Position numbers and translations under genes: made by a program. A DNA stretch of 30,815 bases from a virus. The notes under the pieces are model-generated. The model had not been told where the DNA came from, ran no database searches, and saw only the letters and a list, made by a program, of their open reading frames with translations. The number at the start of each line of letters is the position of its first letter. The stretch's first letter is position 1. Where the stretch lies: UHGV virus genome UHGV-0021747. The stretch is one strand, 5' to 3'. Shown here piece after piece: positions 18,881-27,210 of this stretch.

Positions 18881-20029
18881 TTACTTTGAAAAGATCGCGG
18901 CAAATCTATGGGAAACCTCGATGCTTTTTCTGTCGATGAGCAAATAAAAGATGTAAGAACATGCATAAAGCATCACCACTGATATTAAAACAGCTGATAA
19001 ACATGCGCTGGAGTCGCTCATGATTTTCCTTGATTCATGATAAACTGGCCCTGATAAGCAATAAAATACAGGCATTTGAATCAAGTATGCCGAGAATGAT
19101 AACTTTCCTAAAAAGACCATGATTTTTGATTCAGAAAACCATGACATAACCCCAATCTTACATAGGGAATATACCACTCCAATTCCAGATAATAGATTGA
19201 AAAGCAAGTATACATTTATTTTCTCAATGCTGTGAATAGATAATGAAAATTCTTTTAACCATGCGTAAAGATAATGATTATATTTAAATCCAGCCAAGTA
19301 AAGTGATGCAATAAGAATTGCATATCCAATAACCTTATTCTTATATGAACCGCATAAACATATAGCCATACCAAAAAGGAATGATGCGTACCCATATGCA
19401 TTTTTATCATTAAAGTTAATTATGATTAAAACTGCGATTAAAGATAATATTAGCGGTGCTTTTTTAATAAAGATAGAAATAGGAGATATCAAAAAGACAA
19501 GGAGAGAACCATAAAACTCAACCTGCATAGTCCATGTAACCATATTTATTGATGAGTCACCTTTGAGTATGGAGCCATATAGTGAGTTTTTTAAAACTCC
19601 TATCACAGATAAATCACCATCTTTACCCAATGACCAAATCCACGGAACCCAATACTTATTGAAAGGGAAGTAATTTACAACAATTGCGCAAATAATAATC
19701 GATGCCGAAACTGGTATTAATAATCTTACATACCTTTCTAGCAGCATCTTTGCGGACTTCTTAGATATACAACCAGACCTGAAAATAACACTTGTAAGTA
19801 TATATCCGCTTAATACAAAGAATATATATACAGCTGAAGTTCCAGAGTAAGTGAAGCCTATTGGTAAATCTCTTGTCACCGCATCAAAAGAAGACTTAAT
19901 TATCTTTGTGTCTCCAGTATGCAGGTAAGGGAAAAAAATTATTGATAGATGAGAAAGCACTACCATCAAGCAGGCCAACCCCCTCACACCCTCTACCGAA
20001 AGAACCTTGCCACCATCAATCTTATTCAT
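18881..20029 (-). CDS. Acyltransferase family 3 integral membrane protein (putative O-antigen/surface polysaccharide acyltransferase)
   Basis: 382 aa from ATG at 20029 (the supplied ORF extends to TTG at 20050). Multi-pass hydrophobic profile and an N-terminal ...GVRGLACLMVVLSHL motif typical of acyltransferase-3. Strongly AT-rich. Confidence 0.8.
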   Translation of the reverse strand: MNKIDGGKVLSVEGVRGLACLMVVLSHLSIIFFPYLHTGDTKIIKSSFDAVTRDLPIGFTYSGTSAVYIFFVLSGYILTSVIFRSGCISKKSAKMLLERYVRLLIPVSASIIICAIVVNYFPFNKYWVPWIWSLGKDGDLSVIGVLKNSLYGSILKGDSSINMVTWTMQVEFYGSLLVFLISPISIFIKKAPLILSLIAVLIIINFNDKNAYGYASFLFGMAICLCGSYKNKVIGYAILIASLYLAGFKYNHYLYAWLKEFSLSIHSIEKINVYLLFNLLSGIGVVYSLCKIGVMSWFSESKIMVFLGKLSFSAYLIQMPVFYCLSGPVYHESRKIMSDSSACLSAVLISVVMLYACSYIFYLLIDRKSIEVSHRFAAIFSK

Positions 20030-20192
20030 ATAATTTCCGTATATGCACAAAGTTAGTGTGCATTAATAAAAGATAATACCCCTACTTGCATAACAGATAG
20101 CACGTGTAACTAAACGCTGAGCAATCAGAGGTTTCCGTAATTATCTGAGTTTATCACTCAAATCTCTATTGATCGACACCACCGATCGACAA

Positions 20193-20212
20193 TGCTGTGT
20201 TCATATACAGTA
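20193..20212. promoter_or_regulatory. LexA (SOS) box tgCTGTgttcatatACAGta
   Basis: CTGT-N8-ACAG with flanks close to the E. coli consensus, 18 bp upstream of the umuD'-like ATG and just upstream of its GGAGG Shine-Dalgarno. Confidence 0.55.
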
Positions 20213-20229
20213 ACTACCGGAGGTGAGTT

Positions 20230-20621
20230 ATGGGATTACCGATCCCGGCTGCTGATTACGTTGAGAACCGCCTGTCGCTTGATGAGAGATTCATCCACAA
20301 ACCGTATGCTACCTACTACATGAAAGCGTCAGAGACAATCTATCGCTTCGGCATTATGAAAGATGCGCTGCTGGTCATCGACTCGTCGCTACCCACCCCC
20401 TGTGATGGCTCATTGCTGGTTTGTGAGTTTGTGAGATAGTGGGTGAGTTCAAGGTGAAGATTTACCGAACATATCCTCAGCTTCATCTTGAGAACGCACT
20501 GAACGGGCGAAAAGAAAAGTTGCCTTGTCACTTTGGCGGGATAGAGACGGTATTTGGGGTGATCACGTGCATCATCAACGATGCGCGTACAGGTGAGTTT
20601 GATGGCTACCCGCTGAAGTGA
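20230..20621 (+). pseudogene. umuD'/humD-like gene split by a frameshift (8-bp tandem duplication tttgtgag at 20420..20435)
   Basis: ORFs 20230..20439 and 20439..20621 together align with UmuD residues about 25 to 139 as recalled (PAADYVE..., GEFxVK, VFGVI). Deleting one repeat copy restores a single 129-aa frame. The GDSM catalytic motif is replaced by ETIY. Confidence 0.6.
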
Positions 20622-20630
20622 AAATAGTGT

Positions 20631-20928
20631 TGTGTACCAAATTGCGTACCAAACTAAAATCACAAATCATGAAACCCTTGTTCATGGCGGTTCTCAGGGG
20701 TATTGCGCGTAATCGTGAAAGAGGAAGGTAGGTTGTTTATCTGTGTCTGTCATTGTCTAGCATTGTCCACTGTAGTTAATTAACTGTCTGTTATAACTCG
20801 AAAAACAACCATTTTTTCACCTGAGTATGTCTACGAACGTCAAATATAGTTGTTTACTGTGCGCTGTTGTCCATGTGATATTGTGTACCAGATGTGTACC
20901 AAACCATTATTTCTGAGCGTACCAAATA
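20631..20928. other. Putative attP: five GTACCA(A/G)A arm-type repeats flanking a ~230-bp AT-rich core
   Basis: Repeats at 20634, 20647, 20885, 20896 and 20920, immediately upstream of int; typical of integrase arm sites. Confidence 0.45.
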
Positions 20929-20934
20929 TTATTT

Positions 20935-22113
20935 ATGGCTATAAGCGACACAAAACTGCGTACTATTTATGGTAAACCATATTCGGGCCCACAAGAAGTG
21001 GCTGATGCCGATGGCCTCAGCGTACGAATTTCACCGAAGGGGGTCATCCAGTTCCAGTACCGCTATCGCTGGCATGGCAAGCCTAATCGACTTGGGCTTG
21101 GTCGATACCCATCCCTGTCTTTGAAGGATGCCAGACAGATCACTGCTGACTTGCGAAAGCTCTATTTCTCAGGAACGGATCCACGCACCTATTTTGAAGA
21201 GAAGGTGGAGAACTCCATGACGGTCGCCCAGTGTCTCGACTACTGGTTCGACAACTACGTCTCTACAACTCTCAGAGAAAAGACCCAGGCACTTTACCGA
21301 TCAACGGTTATGAAGCGCATGCATGACGCCTTTCCTAATCGTCCGGCATCTTCTATCACGGTTAAGCAATGGGTTGACCTGCTTACCGAAGAAGAAAGAG
21401 ATAATCCACGCCGAGCAAGGCAGGTGCTAAGTCAACTAAGATCAGCAATAAGTTGGTGCATGCGGCGTCAGTTGATAGATAGTTGCGCAATTATGAGCAT
21501 CCAACCAAGGGACTTCGGCTCCCGCGCTGAGGTAGGGGATCGGGTACTGTCGTATCACGAACTGGCTAAGATTTGGCTTGCTATTGAAAGAAGCCGTGCG
21601 TCTACGTCAAATAAGCTCCTTCATCAGATGCTTATGCTGTGGGGGGCGAGGCTCTCAGAGCTTAGGCTGGCAACAAAGACAGAATTTGACCTGCTGGACA
21701 ACGTATGGACCGTACCGAAAGAGCATAGCAAGATGGGTAATGTTATCCGCCGTCCAATCTTCGAACAAATTAAGCCTTTTCTCGAAAAGGCCATGACAAC
21801 GTACAATGATGTTCTTTTCCCTGGAGAAGACATAAACAAACCGATCAGCATCGCTGCAGCCAACCGATTCGTAAATAGAATAAGGGGAGGGATGGATCTG
21901 GGTTACTGGCGAACACATGATTTCAGAAGAACGCTTGTTACACGTCTGTCCGAGATGAATGTCGAGCCTCATGTTACTGAGCGAATGCTCGGTCATGAAC
22001 TTGGCGGGATAATGTCCGTATACAATAAACACGACTGGATAGAGGCTCAGCGCAAAGCGTATGAGCTTCACGCTGATAAATTGTTCTGGCACATCAGGAG
22101 CATTTCTGATTAA
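20935..22113 (+). CDS. int: Tyrosine integrase (P4-like, N-terminal arm-binding domain)
   Basis: N-terminus ...DGLSVRISPKGVIQFQYRYRWHGKPNRLGLGRYPSLSLKDAR is the arm-type DNA-binding domain signature; C-terminus has HDFRRT...LGH...VYNKHDW catalytic motifs. Confidence 0.9.
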   Translation: MAISDTKLRTIYGKPYSGPQEVADADGLSVRISPKGVIQFQYRYRWHGKPNRLGLGRYPSLSLKDARQITADLRKLYFSGTDPRTYFEEKVENSMTVAQCLDYWFDNYVSTTLREKTQALYRSTVMKRMHDAFPNRPASSITVKQWVDLLTEEERDNPRRARQVLSQLRSAISWCMRRQLIDSCAIMSIQPRDFGSRAEVGDRVLSYHELAKIWLAIERSRASTSNKLLHQMLMLWGARLSELRLATKTEFDLLDNVWTVPKEHSKMGNVIRRPIFEQIKPFLEKAMTTYNDVLFPGEDINKPISIAAANRFVNRIRGGMDLGYWRTHDFRRTLVTRLSEMNVEPHVTERMLGHELGGIMSVYNKHDWIEAQRKAYELHADKLFWHIRSISD

Positions 22114-22285
22114 CGCCACCGTTAAGAATCCACCCTTCAACAGCTTCACGAAGGTATGATTTGGGGTGGGTTCTGACTGGCTTCGGAAATCCGTGTCGTT
22201 TGGTATAGTTCCAGATTGTCTGACGTGATGAAACACCGAGCTTGTTCATCACTTCTTTCTCAGGAATCAGGCTGGTATCGGTCAT
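22094..22285 (-). CDS. xis: AlpA-family excisionase / DNA-binding protein
   Basis: 63-aa protein with ...VSSRQTIWNYTKRHGFPKPV... resembling the AlpA helix-turn-helix; convergent with int and overlapping its 3' end by 20 bp. Confidence 0.65.
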   Translation of the reverse strand: MTDTSLIPEKEVMNKLGVSSRQTIWNYTKRHGFPKPVRTHPKSYLREAVEGWILNGGVNQKCS

Positions 22286-22362
22286 CTTAATTCTCCAGGC
22301 AAAAAGAAACCGCCATATAGCGGCCCTATCAGATATGTACAGGCCTCATCGAGTGTGAGGCG

Positions 22363-22707
22363 TTAGTCCTTGCGTAGCTCGCTGATTCTTCTGTAAGTCT
22401 CTGGTGCTTTGTTTCCGTGTATCTTCATTTCAGACTTCAACAGAGCAACGAGGGAATCCCATTCGTTGAGGATGCCTTTGAATGCCGGAACGCGCTTTGC
22501 AACCTTGTCGAATGAATCTCTGATTTCTGGAATCTGCTCAACAAGTGCCACGCATCGTCGGAAATCGGCTGCGTCATGTGGAGCACCGAAGCTATGACCA
22601 TAGATATTCTTTTTCAGGCCACATGCGATTGAGGCAAGAGTTGCGCTACTGATGCCGACATCGCCAGTCGATTGCCATTTCAAAACCTTCATAGCCAAAT
22701 CTGACAT
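22363..22707 (-). CDS. Hypothetical protein (114 aa)
   Basis: ATG with a GGAGA Shine-Dalgarno, preceded by two hairpin terminators; no family recognised. Confidence 0.55.
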   Translation of the reverse strand: MSDLAMKVLKWQSTGDVGISSATLASIACGLKKNIYGHSFGAPHDAADFRRCVALVEQIPEIRDSFDKVAKRVPAFKGILNEWDSLVALLKSEMKIHGNKAPETYRRISELRKD

Positions 22708-22718
22708 TTCTTGTCTCC

Positions 22719-22776
22719 ATAAAACAAAACTCGCCGTAGCGAGTTCAGATAAAAGAAAACCCGCACTCGGCGGGTT
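22719..22776 (-). terminator. Two tandem rho-independent terminator candidates on the minus strand
   Basis: Hairpin aacccgc-N5-gcgggtt then U-tract (22745..22776), and hairpin actcgc-cgta-gcgagt then U-tract (22719..22744), as read on the minus strand. Confidence 0.5.
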
Positions 22777-23077
22777 CGCATTCGTTCAAATTGCGCTTAC
22801 TTCTTGGCGTTCTGTTCATCCATCTCGATATACCATGGTTGCTTCCCTTGGGCAGGTTTAACGACTGCTCGCGATAGTATCTGACGCGCTCCATGAAATA
22901 CTCGCGTGAGTGCTCAGGTTGCTCTCGTGCTACCTGCTCAGTGATAACAGGTATGTTAAGGCGCTCTCTGTACGCCACGCCTGATGCTGCAAGGTCAACG
23001 TTTGCCTTGTTCTGTTTTTCTTTCGATTGCTCGGCGATGTTATGCCTGGCATTGTCAACCCGCCTCCTTCTGAACAT
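22745..23077 (-). CDS. Hypothetical protein (110 aa)
   Basis: ORF in early-left orientation; weak ribosome-binding site, and the 3' end overlaps the terminator hairpin. Confidence 0.35.
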   Translation of the reverse strand: MFRRRRVDNARHNIAEQSKEKQNKANVDLAASGVAYRERLNIPVITEQVAREQPEHSREYFMERVRYYREQSLNLPKGSNHGISRWMNRTPRSKRNLNECEPAECGFSFI

Positions 23078-23339
23078 AACGGTTATAAATCAGTCCCTGA
23101 GGGCCATAAGGAAGAGGGATGTGCCACTCCTCTGGTTCAGAAACTATCCATTCCCCGGCCATCTCCGCTGGAGAGGTAATGATAAGTTGTTTGCTAATAA
23201 AAGGACCACTCCTCTCAACAACAAGCTTACCATCTTCATTAATAAAAGCGTGGATGTCAGGTGTACTTCCACACTTGGTGATGCAGCGTTTGAACATTTT
23301 TTGTCTCCCCATTTTATGGACGGGGTCATTATAACACAT
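23055..23339 (-). CDS. Hypothetical protein (94 aa)
   Basis: ORF in early-left orientation; no family recognised. Confidence 0.4.
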   Translation of the reverse strand: MCYNDPVHKMGRQKMFKRCITKCGSTPDIHAFINEDGKLVVERSGPFISKQLIITSPAEMAGEWIVSEPEEWHIPLPYGPQGLIYNRYVQKEAG

Positions 23340-23420
23340 TGAAATATAGTAATATTTGACGTAGATTCCTTTTGGTCTATGAGCGATTTTTTTATGCCTT
23401 TAAGTTATAAAGGCTTGTTT

Positions 23421-23984
23421 TCATCCCCCATCTTGCTGCGGTGCTACTATTGAAAAGTGCTCACACCCTTTAGCCCAAATAGTTTTGATAGTTGTCCAAC
23501 TGACTGGAACCTTGATTTCGATTCTCCCGCTGCAGTCACAAGTTTCGCAATCATCATCACCAAAACATTCCGGGCAGTTAGTGAATACTGTTTCTGAAAA
23601 CTCACCAGAAAGTGCACCTTTAGCGCCGTTCTCAATAGTTAGTCTCTTCGGCACCATGACCCAACCATCCGGAGTTACCGGAGAGTTGCCCGACAGCTCG
23701 TTCAACTTGTAAGTTTGTCTTACAGGTTCGGCACTATGAAGCATGGCAGCGCGGCAGGCGTTCCAGCCTTGAACCTTAGCTATTGCCACAACTGCATCGG
23801 TAAAGAACATTCTCGCGGTATCTGGCTCCGGAATTTCATCCGGCACATATGCAGGAGATGGCTTGTCAGCGAGCATTGACATCAACGCGCAGATGGTGTC
23901 CTCGCTGATTTCAAACATACCACTGGCGTTCTGCGTCGAGGATTTAAGCTCTTCGATAATGCGCTCTTTCGTAAACTCAGCCAT
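23421..23984 (-). CDS. Hypothetical Cys-cluster protein (187 aa from the internal ATG; the ORF is open to 24071)
   Basis: Start at 23984 has a GGGGAG Shine-Dalgarno and lies 4 nt after the upstream gene's stop. C-terminal CPECFGDDDCETCDC suggests a metal-binding cluster. Confidence 0.55.
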   Translation of the reverse strand: MAEFTKERIIEELKSSTQNASGMFEISEDTICALMSMLADKPSPAYVPDEIPEPDTARMFFTDAVVAIAKVQGWNACRAAMLHSAEPVRQTYKLNELSGNSPVTPDGWVMVPKRLTIENGAKGALSGEFSETVFTNCPECFGDDDCETCDCSGRIEIKVPVSWTTIKTIWAKGCEHFSIVAPQQDGG

Positions 23985-23988
23985 ATCC

Positions 23989-24459
23989 CTACTCCCCATT
24001 GATGCTGACATTAACGCCAGCTTTGCGAATCTCATCGGCGCATCTGTTGATAATATTTCTGTGAAACTCACAAAAAATTTTCGCCGACTGCGGCCCTAAT
24101 GGGTGAACATCTTGCGTACTCGGCAGCACAACCTCCCGCGCCTCCAGCTCAGAAATCCGCTTCTCTGCTGCTTCCAGCTCAACACGCAGCTTCCCTACCG
24201 TTAGCGCAATATCCTCGTTCTCCTGGTCACGGCGTTTGATGTATTGCTGGTTTCTTTCCCGTTCATCCAGTAGTGCCAGCACGGTTTCTGGTCCGGCCAG
24301 AATTTTGAAGGCGTTGAGCGCATCAATATCAACACCGCTATCTTTAAGTTCCTGCTCGCTTATCAGATCATCATCAACTGGCAACATTAACAGGCGTTCC
24401 ATTGCCGGAATTGCACGCTCTGCCGCCTCACGCAGTGCCTGATAGTTAATTTTGGTCAT
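23989..24459 (-). CDS. Ea22/Ead-like early-region protein
   Basis: N-terminal ...YQALREAAERA... and coiled-coil composition resemble Ea22-family proteins as recalled. Confidence 0.5.
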   Translation of the reverse strand: MTKINYQALREAAERAIPAMERLLMLPVDDDLISEQELKDSGVDIDALNAFKILAGPETVLALLDERERNQQYIKRRDQENEDIALTVGKLRVELEAAEKRISELEAREVVLPSTQDVHPLGPQSAKIFCEFHRNIINRCADEIRKAGVNVSINGE

Positions 24460-24460
24460 A

Positions 24461-24661
24461 TCACATCACCCTGAATCCGTTGCATTTACGTAAGAAATCG
24501 CAGATATAGCCCTTCATTTTTTCATGCCAATCTCGATCATTCCCATTGCACCACCCATCAGGTGGAGTCCAGTTTTCTATCAGAGCAGCCATTTTCTTTG
24601 CTTTCGCCGGAGTAGCTGTTGCGGTATCGCAGTAATGACGAGTGTCAACAAACTTATCCAT
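24461..24661 (-). CDS. Hypothetical small protein (66 aa)
   Basis: ORF tightly packed after the upstream gene; no family recognised. Confidence 0.4.
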   Translation of the reverse strand: MDKFVDTRHYCDTATATPAKAKKMAALIENWTPPDGWCNGNDRDWHEKMKGYICDFLRKCNGFRVM

Positions 24662-24756
24662 GCCATCGATATCAAGTACGCAAAACCATGTGTGATTCGG
24701 AATTCCTACAGGTGGTATTTGTTGCCCACGTCAGCGTTTATCAATGAGATATACAC

Positions 24757-25206
24757 TCACTGGTTACCTCCTTTGCGAAGCTCTGCGGCGAACTCGTTAA
24801 GTGATATGTAGCAATCTCCAAATGTTAACGAACCGCTCGACTGCATATGCTCCATAGCCATCTCCACGCCCTGCGCCCGTACTTCAGCCAGGAAAGCATC
24901 GGTGGCTGGGGTTTCAGTAACATCATCTTCCCATTCGCTAAACTCCTCACGACAAAAGTCATTAAATTCCTTCTCAGATTGCTTAAGCGAGGTATTTTCA
25001 GCAGCCATCTTCGCGCATTTAGCCTCAAGGTTATCAATCGTGATTCCAGCAGAACGACACTCCCGCAACGCCGTTTCTAGTTTTGATTCAAGTTCACCGA
25101 ACTTACGCACCAGATATTCAGCGTTTGTTTCGTTAACCTTTAAATCTCGGGGGATGCATTTACCTTTCAGAAAACCATCCATCTCAATTAGTGACATTTG
25201 TTTCAT
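24757..25206 (-). CDS. Hypothetical early-region protein (149 aa)
   Basis: ATGA-coupled to the upstream small ORF; acidic, with a coiled-coil-like middle section. Confidence 0.5.
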   Translation of the reverse strand: MKQMSLIEMDGFLKGKCIPRDLKVNETNAEYLVRKFGELESKLETALRECRSAGITIDNLEAKCAKMAAENTSLKQSEKEFNDFCREEFSEWEDDVTETPATDAFLAEVRAQGVEMAMEHMQSSGSLTFGDCYISLNEFAAELRKGGNQ

Positions 25207-25385
25207 TTCTTCCCACTCCGCAACATCGCATTCAGATATTTGTTTTGATTCACTGATGGAAAAGAATTTCTCTTAAGTAATTCCTCTCTCGATGGCATTT
25301 GCTTTACGCGTTGGCGAATAATCATTTCTGCCGGAAGAATGCCGGGATTGTATGCAAGTCCTCTCATGGTAAATTCCTCAGTCAT
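25203..25385 (-). CDS. Hypothetical small protein (60 aa from the internal ATG)
   Basis: Start placed 2 nt after the stop of 25378..25674; the longer frame to 25550 overlaps the upstream gene. Confidence 0.3.
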   Translation of the reverse strand: MTEEFTMRGLAYNPGILPAEMIIRQRVKQMPSREELLKRNSFPSVNQNKYLNAMLRSGKK

Positions 25386-25674
25386 TACTGATAGCGCCAT
25401 AGCGTGAGCGGTAATTACGCAGGCGCGGGTCGATATATTCAGGGAAGTGGGTATATGTGGCTTTGCGGAATGGTCGGATTGATGTCTGGTAAATTCGCTC
25501 TCGTTCTTCTTTCTCTGCAAGCCATATACAATGGCGAAATTCCTTTTCATCTTTCGTTTCCTGCGGTAGAGACATTATTCGATCGTAGTTTTTTCTGAAT
25601 TTATCCAGCACCTCCGATACGGAATTGCCGGAACAGCGGCGCTGGTCATCCGCACCATACAGAGGCGCTGGCAT
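25378..25674 (-). CDS. Hypothetical protein (98 aa)
   Basis: ORF with balanced charged composition; no family recognised. Confidence 0.5.
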   Translation of the reverse strand: MPAPLYGADDQRRCSGNSVSEVLDKFRKNYDRIMSLPQETKDEKEFRHCIWLAEKEERERIYQTSIRPFRKATYTHFPEYIDPRLRNYRSRYGAISND

Positions 25675-25690
25675 GTTTTTCTCCTGTTGA

Positions 25691-26239
25691 TTATTTAGCT
25701 AATTTTTTCCAGATTGCTGAAACGTATTTGGCTTGGTGGATGGCATCATCAAGCGCGTTGTGGCGAGTTCCTTTGAATGGCATATCTCGCTTAGGGTCAA
25801 ATCCTATTACCTTTCCAAGCTCGACGATTGTTCTTACGTCGCGGTCATTCCACCACTGCCACGGAACTGGCTGCCCTGTCAGCGAATAACTGTTGCGGAG
25901 AATAACGCAGTCAAATGATGCTCCATTCCCCCAAACCTGAACGAATTTGTGGTTAGCGTTCTTTATGATGAATTCAGATAACCATGAAAGAGCCGTTGAA
26001 AGCTCCTGAGTGTTGCTGGTTAGCGATTTTCTGGCTTCTTCACTCTGTTCCATCCACCATAAAATCGTTGAAGCGTCAGGACGCGCCCGATATCGCATTG
26101 ATGACTCAAGCGAGATATTTACCGAGAACTCTTCTCCTGTTTCTCCGGTATTCGGGTCAAAGAACACCGCCCCAATAGAAATAACTGGCGCGTATGGCCC
26201 GTTGCCCATTGTTTCAAGGTCAACCATTAAGTGATTCAT
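25691..26239 (-). CDS. DEDDh-type 3'-5' exonuclease
   Basis: MVDLETMG (Exo I motif) and HNALDDA (Exo III motif) at the expected spacing. Confidence 0.75.
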   Translation of the reverse strand: MNHLMVDLETMGNGPYAPVISIGAVFFDPNTGETGEEFSVNISLESSMRYRARPDASTILWWMEQSEEARKSLTSNTQELSTALSWLSEFIIKNANHKFVQVWGNGASFDCVILRNSYSLTGQPVPWQWWNDRDVRTIVELGKVIGFDPKRDMPFKGTRHNALDDAIHQAKYVSAIWKKLAK

Positions 26240-26247
26240 GTAAGTCC

Positions 26248-26727
26248 TTAAATTGCGTGAATAGTGTGACGAGGGAAGGGGAGAGTTACTGGCTCCTCGT
26301 CTGGGTAGATAGGTTTGTTATGTTTGTGCCACTCGACATGACATGACTTGCAGAGCCACATCACATCGGTTGGTTTGCTGTAGTCGCAGTGGTGCGCCTG
26401 TGGTTTACATTCTGATCCGCAGCACTCACATTGTGGTGGTCGGATTAGCTTACCGTCGCGCAAAAAATTACCCACGATGATGTGGGCTTTTCTTTTCCAT
26501 GGGTTGCTCTGAATGAACCGCTTTTTGGCTGCGTTACACCGTTCTCTGCCGCGTTCCGATGATTGATATTCTCTCCTTGCTGATACTCGATGTGGCAATC
26601 CCGCGCGCTCTTTGTCATATTCAGCCAGGCAAGCCCGGCAAGCGGCAGTTAATCCATCTCTGGATGCTCTTCTGATTTGAAAGTCCCTTTCTTCCTTCTG
26701 TTGATGGCATCTTGAGCAGATTTTCAT
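26248..26727 (-). CDS. HNH endonuclease
   Basis: Cys pairs and HHCDYSKP...WLCKSCHVEWH are characteristic of an HNH/zinc-finger nuclease. Confidence 0.7.
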   Translation of the reverse strand: MKICSRCHQQKEERDFQIRRASRDGLTAACRACLAEYDKERAGLPHRVSARREYQSSERGRERCNAAKKRFIQSNPWKRKAHIIVGNFLRDGKLIRPPQCECCGSECKPQAHHCDYSKPTDVMWLCKSCHVEWHKHNKPIYPDEEPVTLPFPRHTIHAI

Positions 26728-26736
26728 ATTCAGCTC

Positions 26737-27210
26737 CTAGAACGGAATATCCGAATCGTCGAAGTTCATAGGTGGTTCGCTGTGATTTCCATGCTGCTGA
26801 GGTTGCTGTCTTTGTTGATGACCGTTATTTCGCTGAGGTGAAGACTGTTCATTGCCTCCTTGCTTGCCACCAAGCATTTGCATGGTTCCACCAACGCCCA
26901 CGATGACTTCGGTAGTGAACCTATCCTGTCCGCTTTGATCCTGCCATTTTCTTGTCCGCAATTTGCCTTCAAGATAAACCTCAGAGCCTTTTCGCAGATA
27001 TTCGCTGGCAATTTCTGCCAGTTTCCCGCTCATTACCACACGGTGCCACTCCGTCTGCTCCTTTTGCTCTCCAGTTTGCTTATCACGCCATTGTTCTGAC
27101 GTAGCAACTGTAAGGTTTGCAAATGCCGTTCCTGATGGTGAATATCTGATTTCTGGATCATGCCCAAGGCGACCAATAATGATCACCTTATTTACGCCTC
27201 TGCTTGCCAT
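26737..27210 (-). CDS. ssb: Single-stranded DNA-binding protein
   Basis: Near-identity over the OB-fold to E. coli SSB as recalled ([10 protein letters not shown]..., [42 protein letters not shown]), with the C-terminal DDSDIPF tail. Confidence 0.95.
   Translation of the reverse strand: MASRGVNKVIIIGRLGHDPEIRYSPSGTAFANLTVATSEQWRDKQTGEQKEQTEWHRVVMSGKLAEIASEYLRKGSEVYLEGKLRTRKWQDQSGQDRFTTEVIVGVGGTMQMLGGKQGGNEQSSPQRNNGHQQRQQPQQHGNHSEPPMNFDDSDIPF

Noticed and set aside
20656-20880. Possible tRNA gene or tRNA 3' fragment in the attP core
   Set aside because: I could not recognise a tRNA acceptor/T-arm sequence (for example the argW or thrW 3' end) by eye. This cannot be excluded without a tRNA scan or BLAST against host tRNA genes.
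22893-23342. 149-aa plus-strand ORF (and other short plus-strand ORFs between 22400 and 26250)
   Set aside because: This region is a minus-strand early-left operon with tightly coupled genes; the plus-strand ORFs are Cys/Leu/Ser-rich antisense artefacts.
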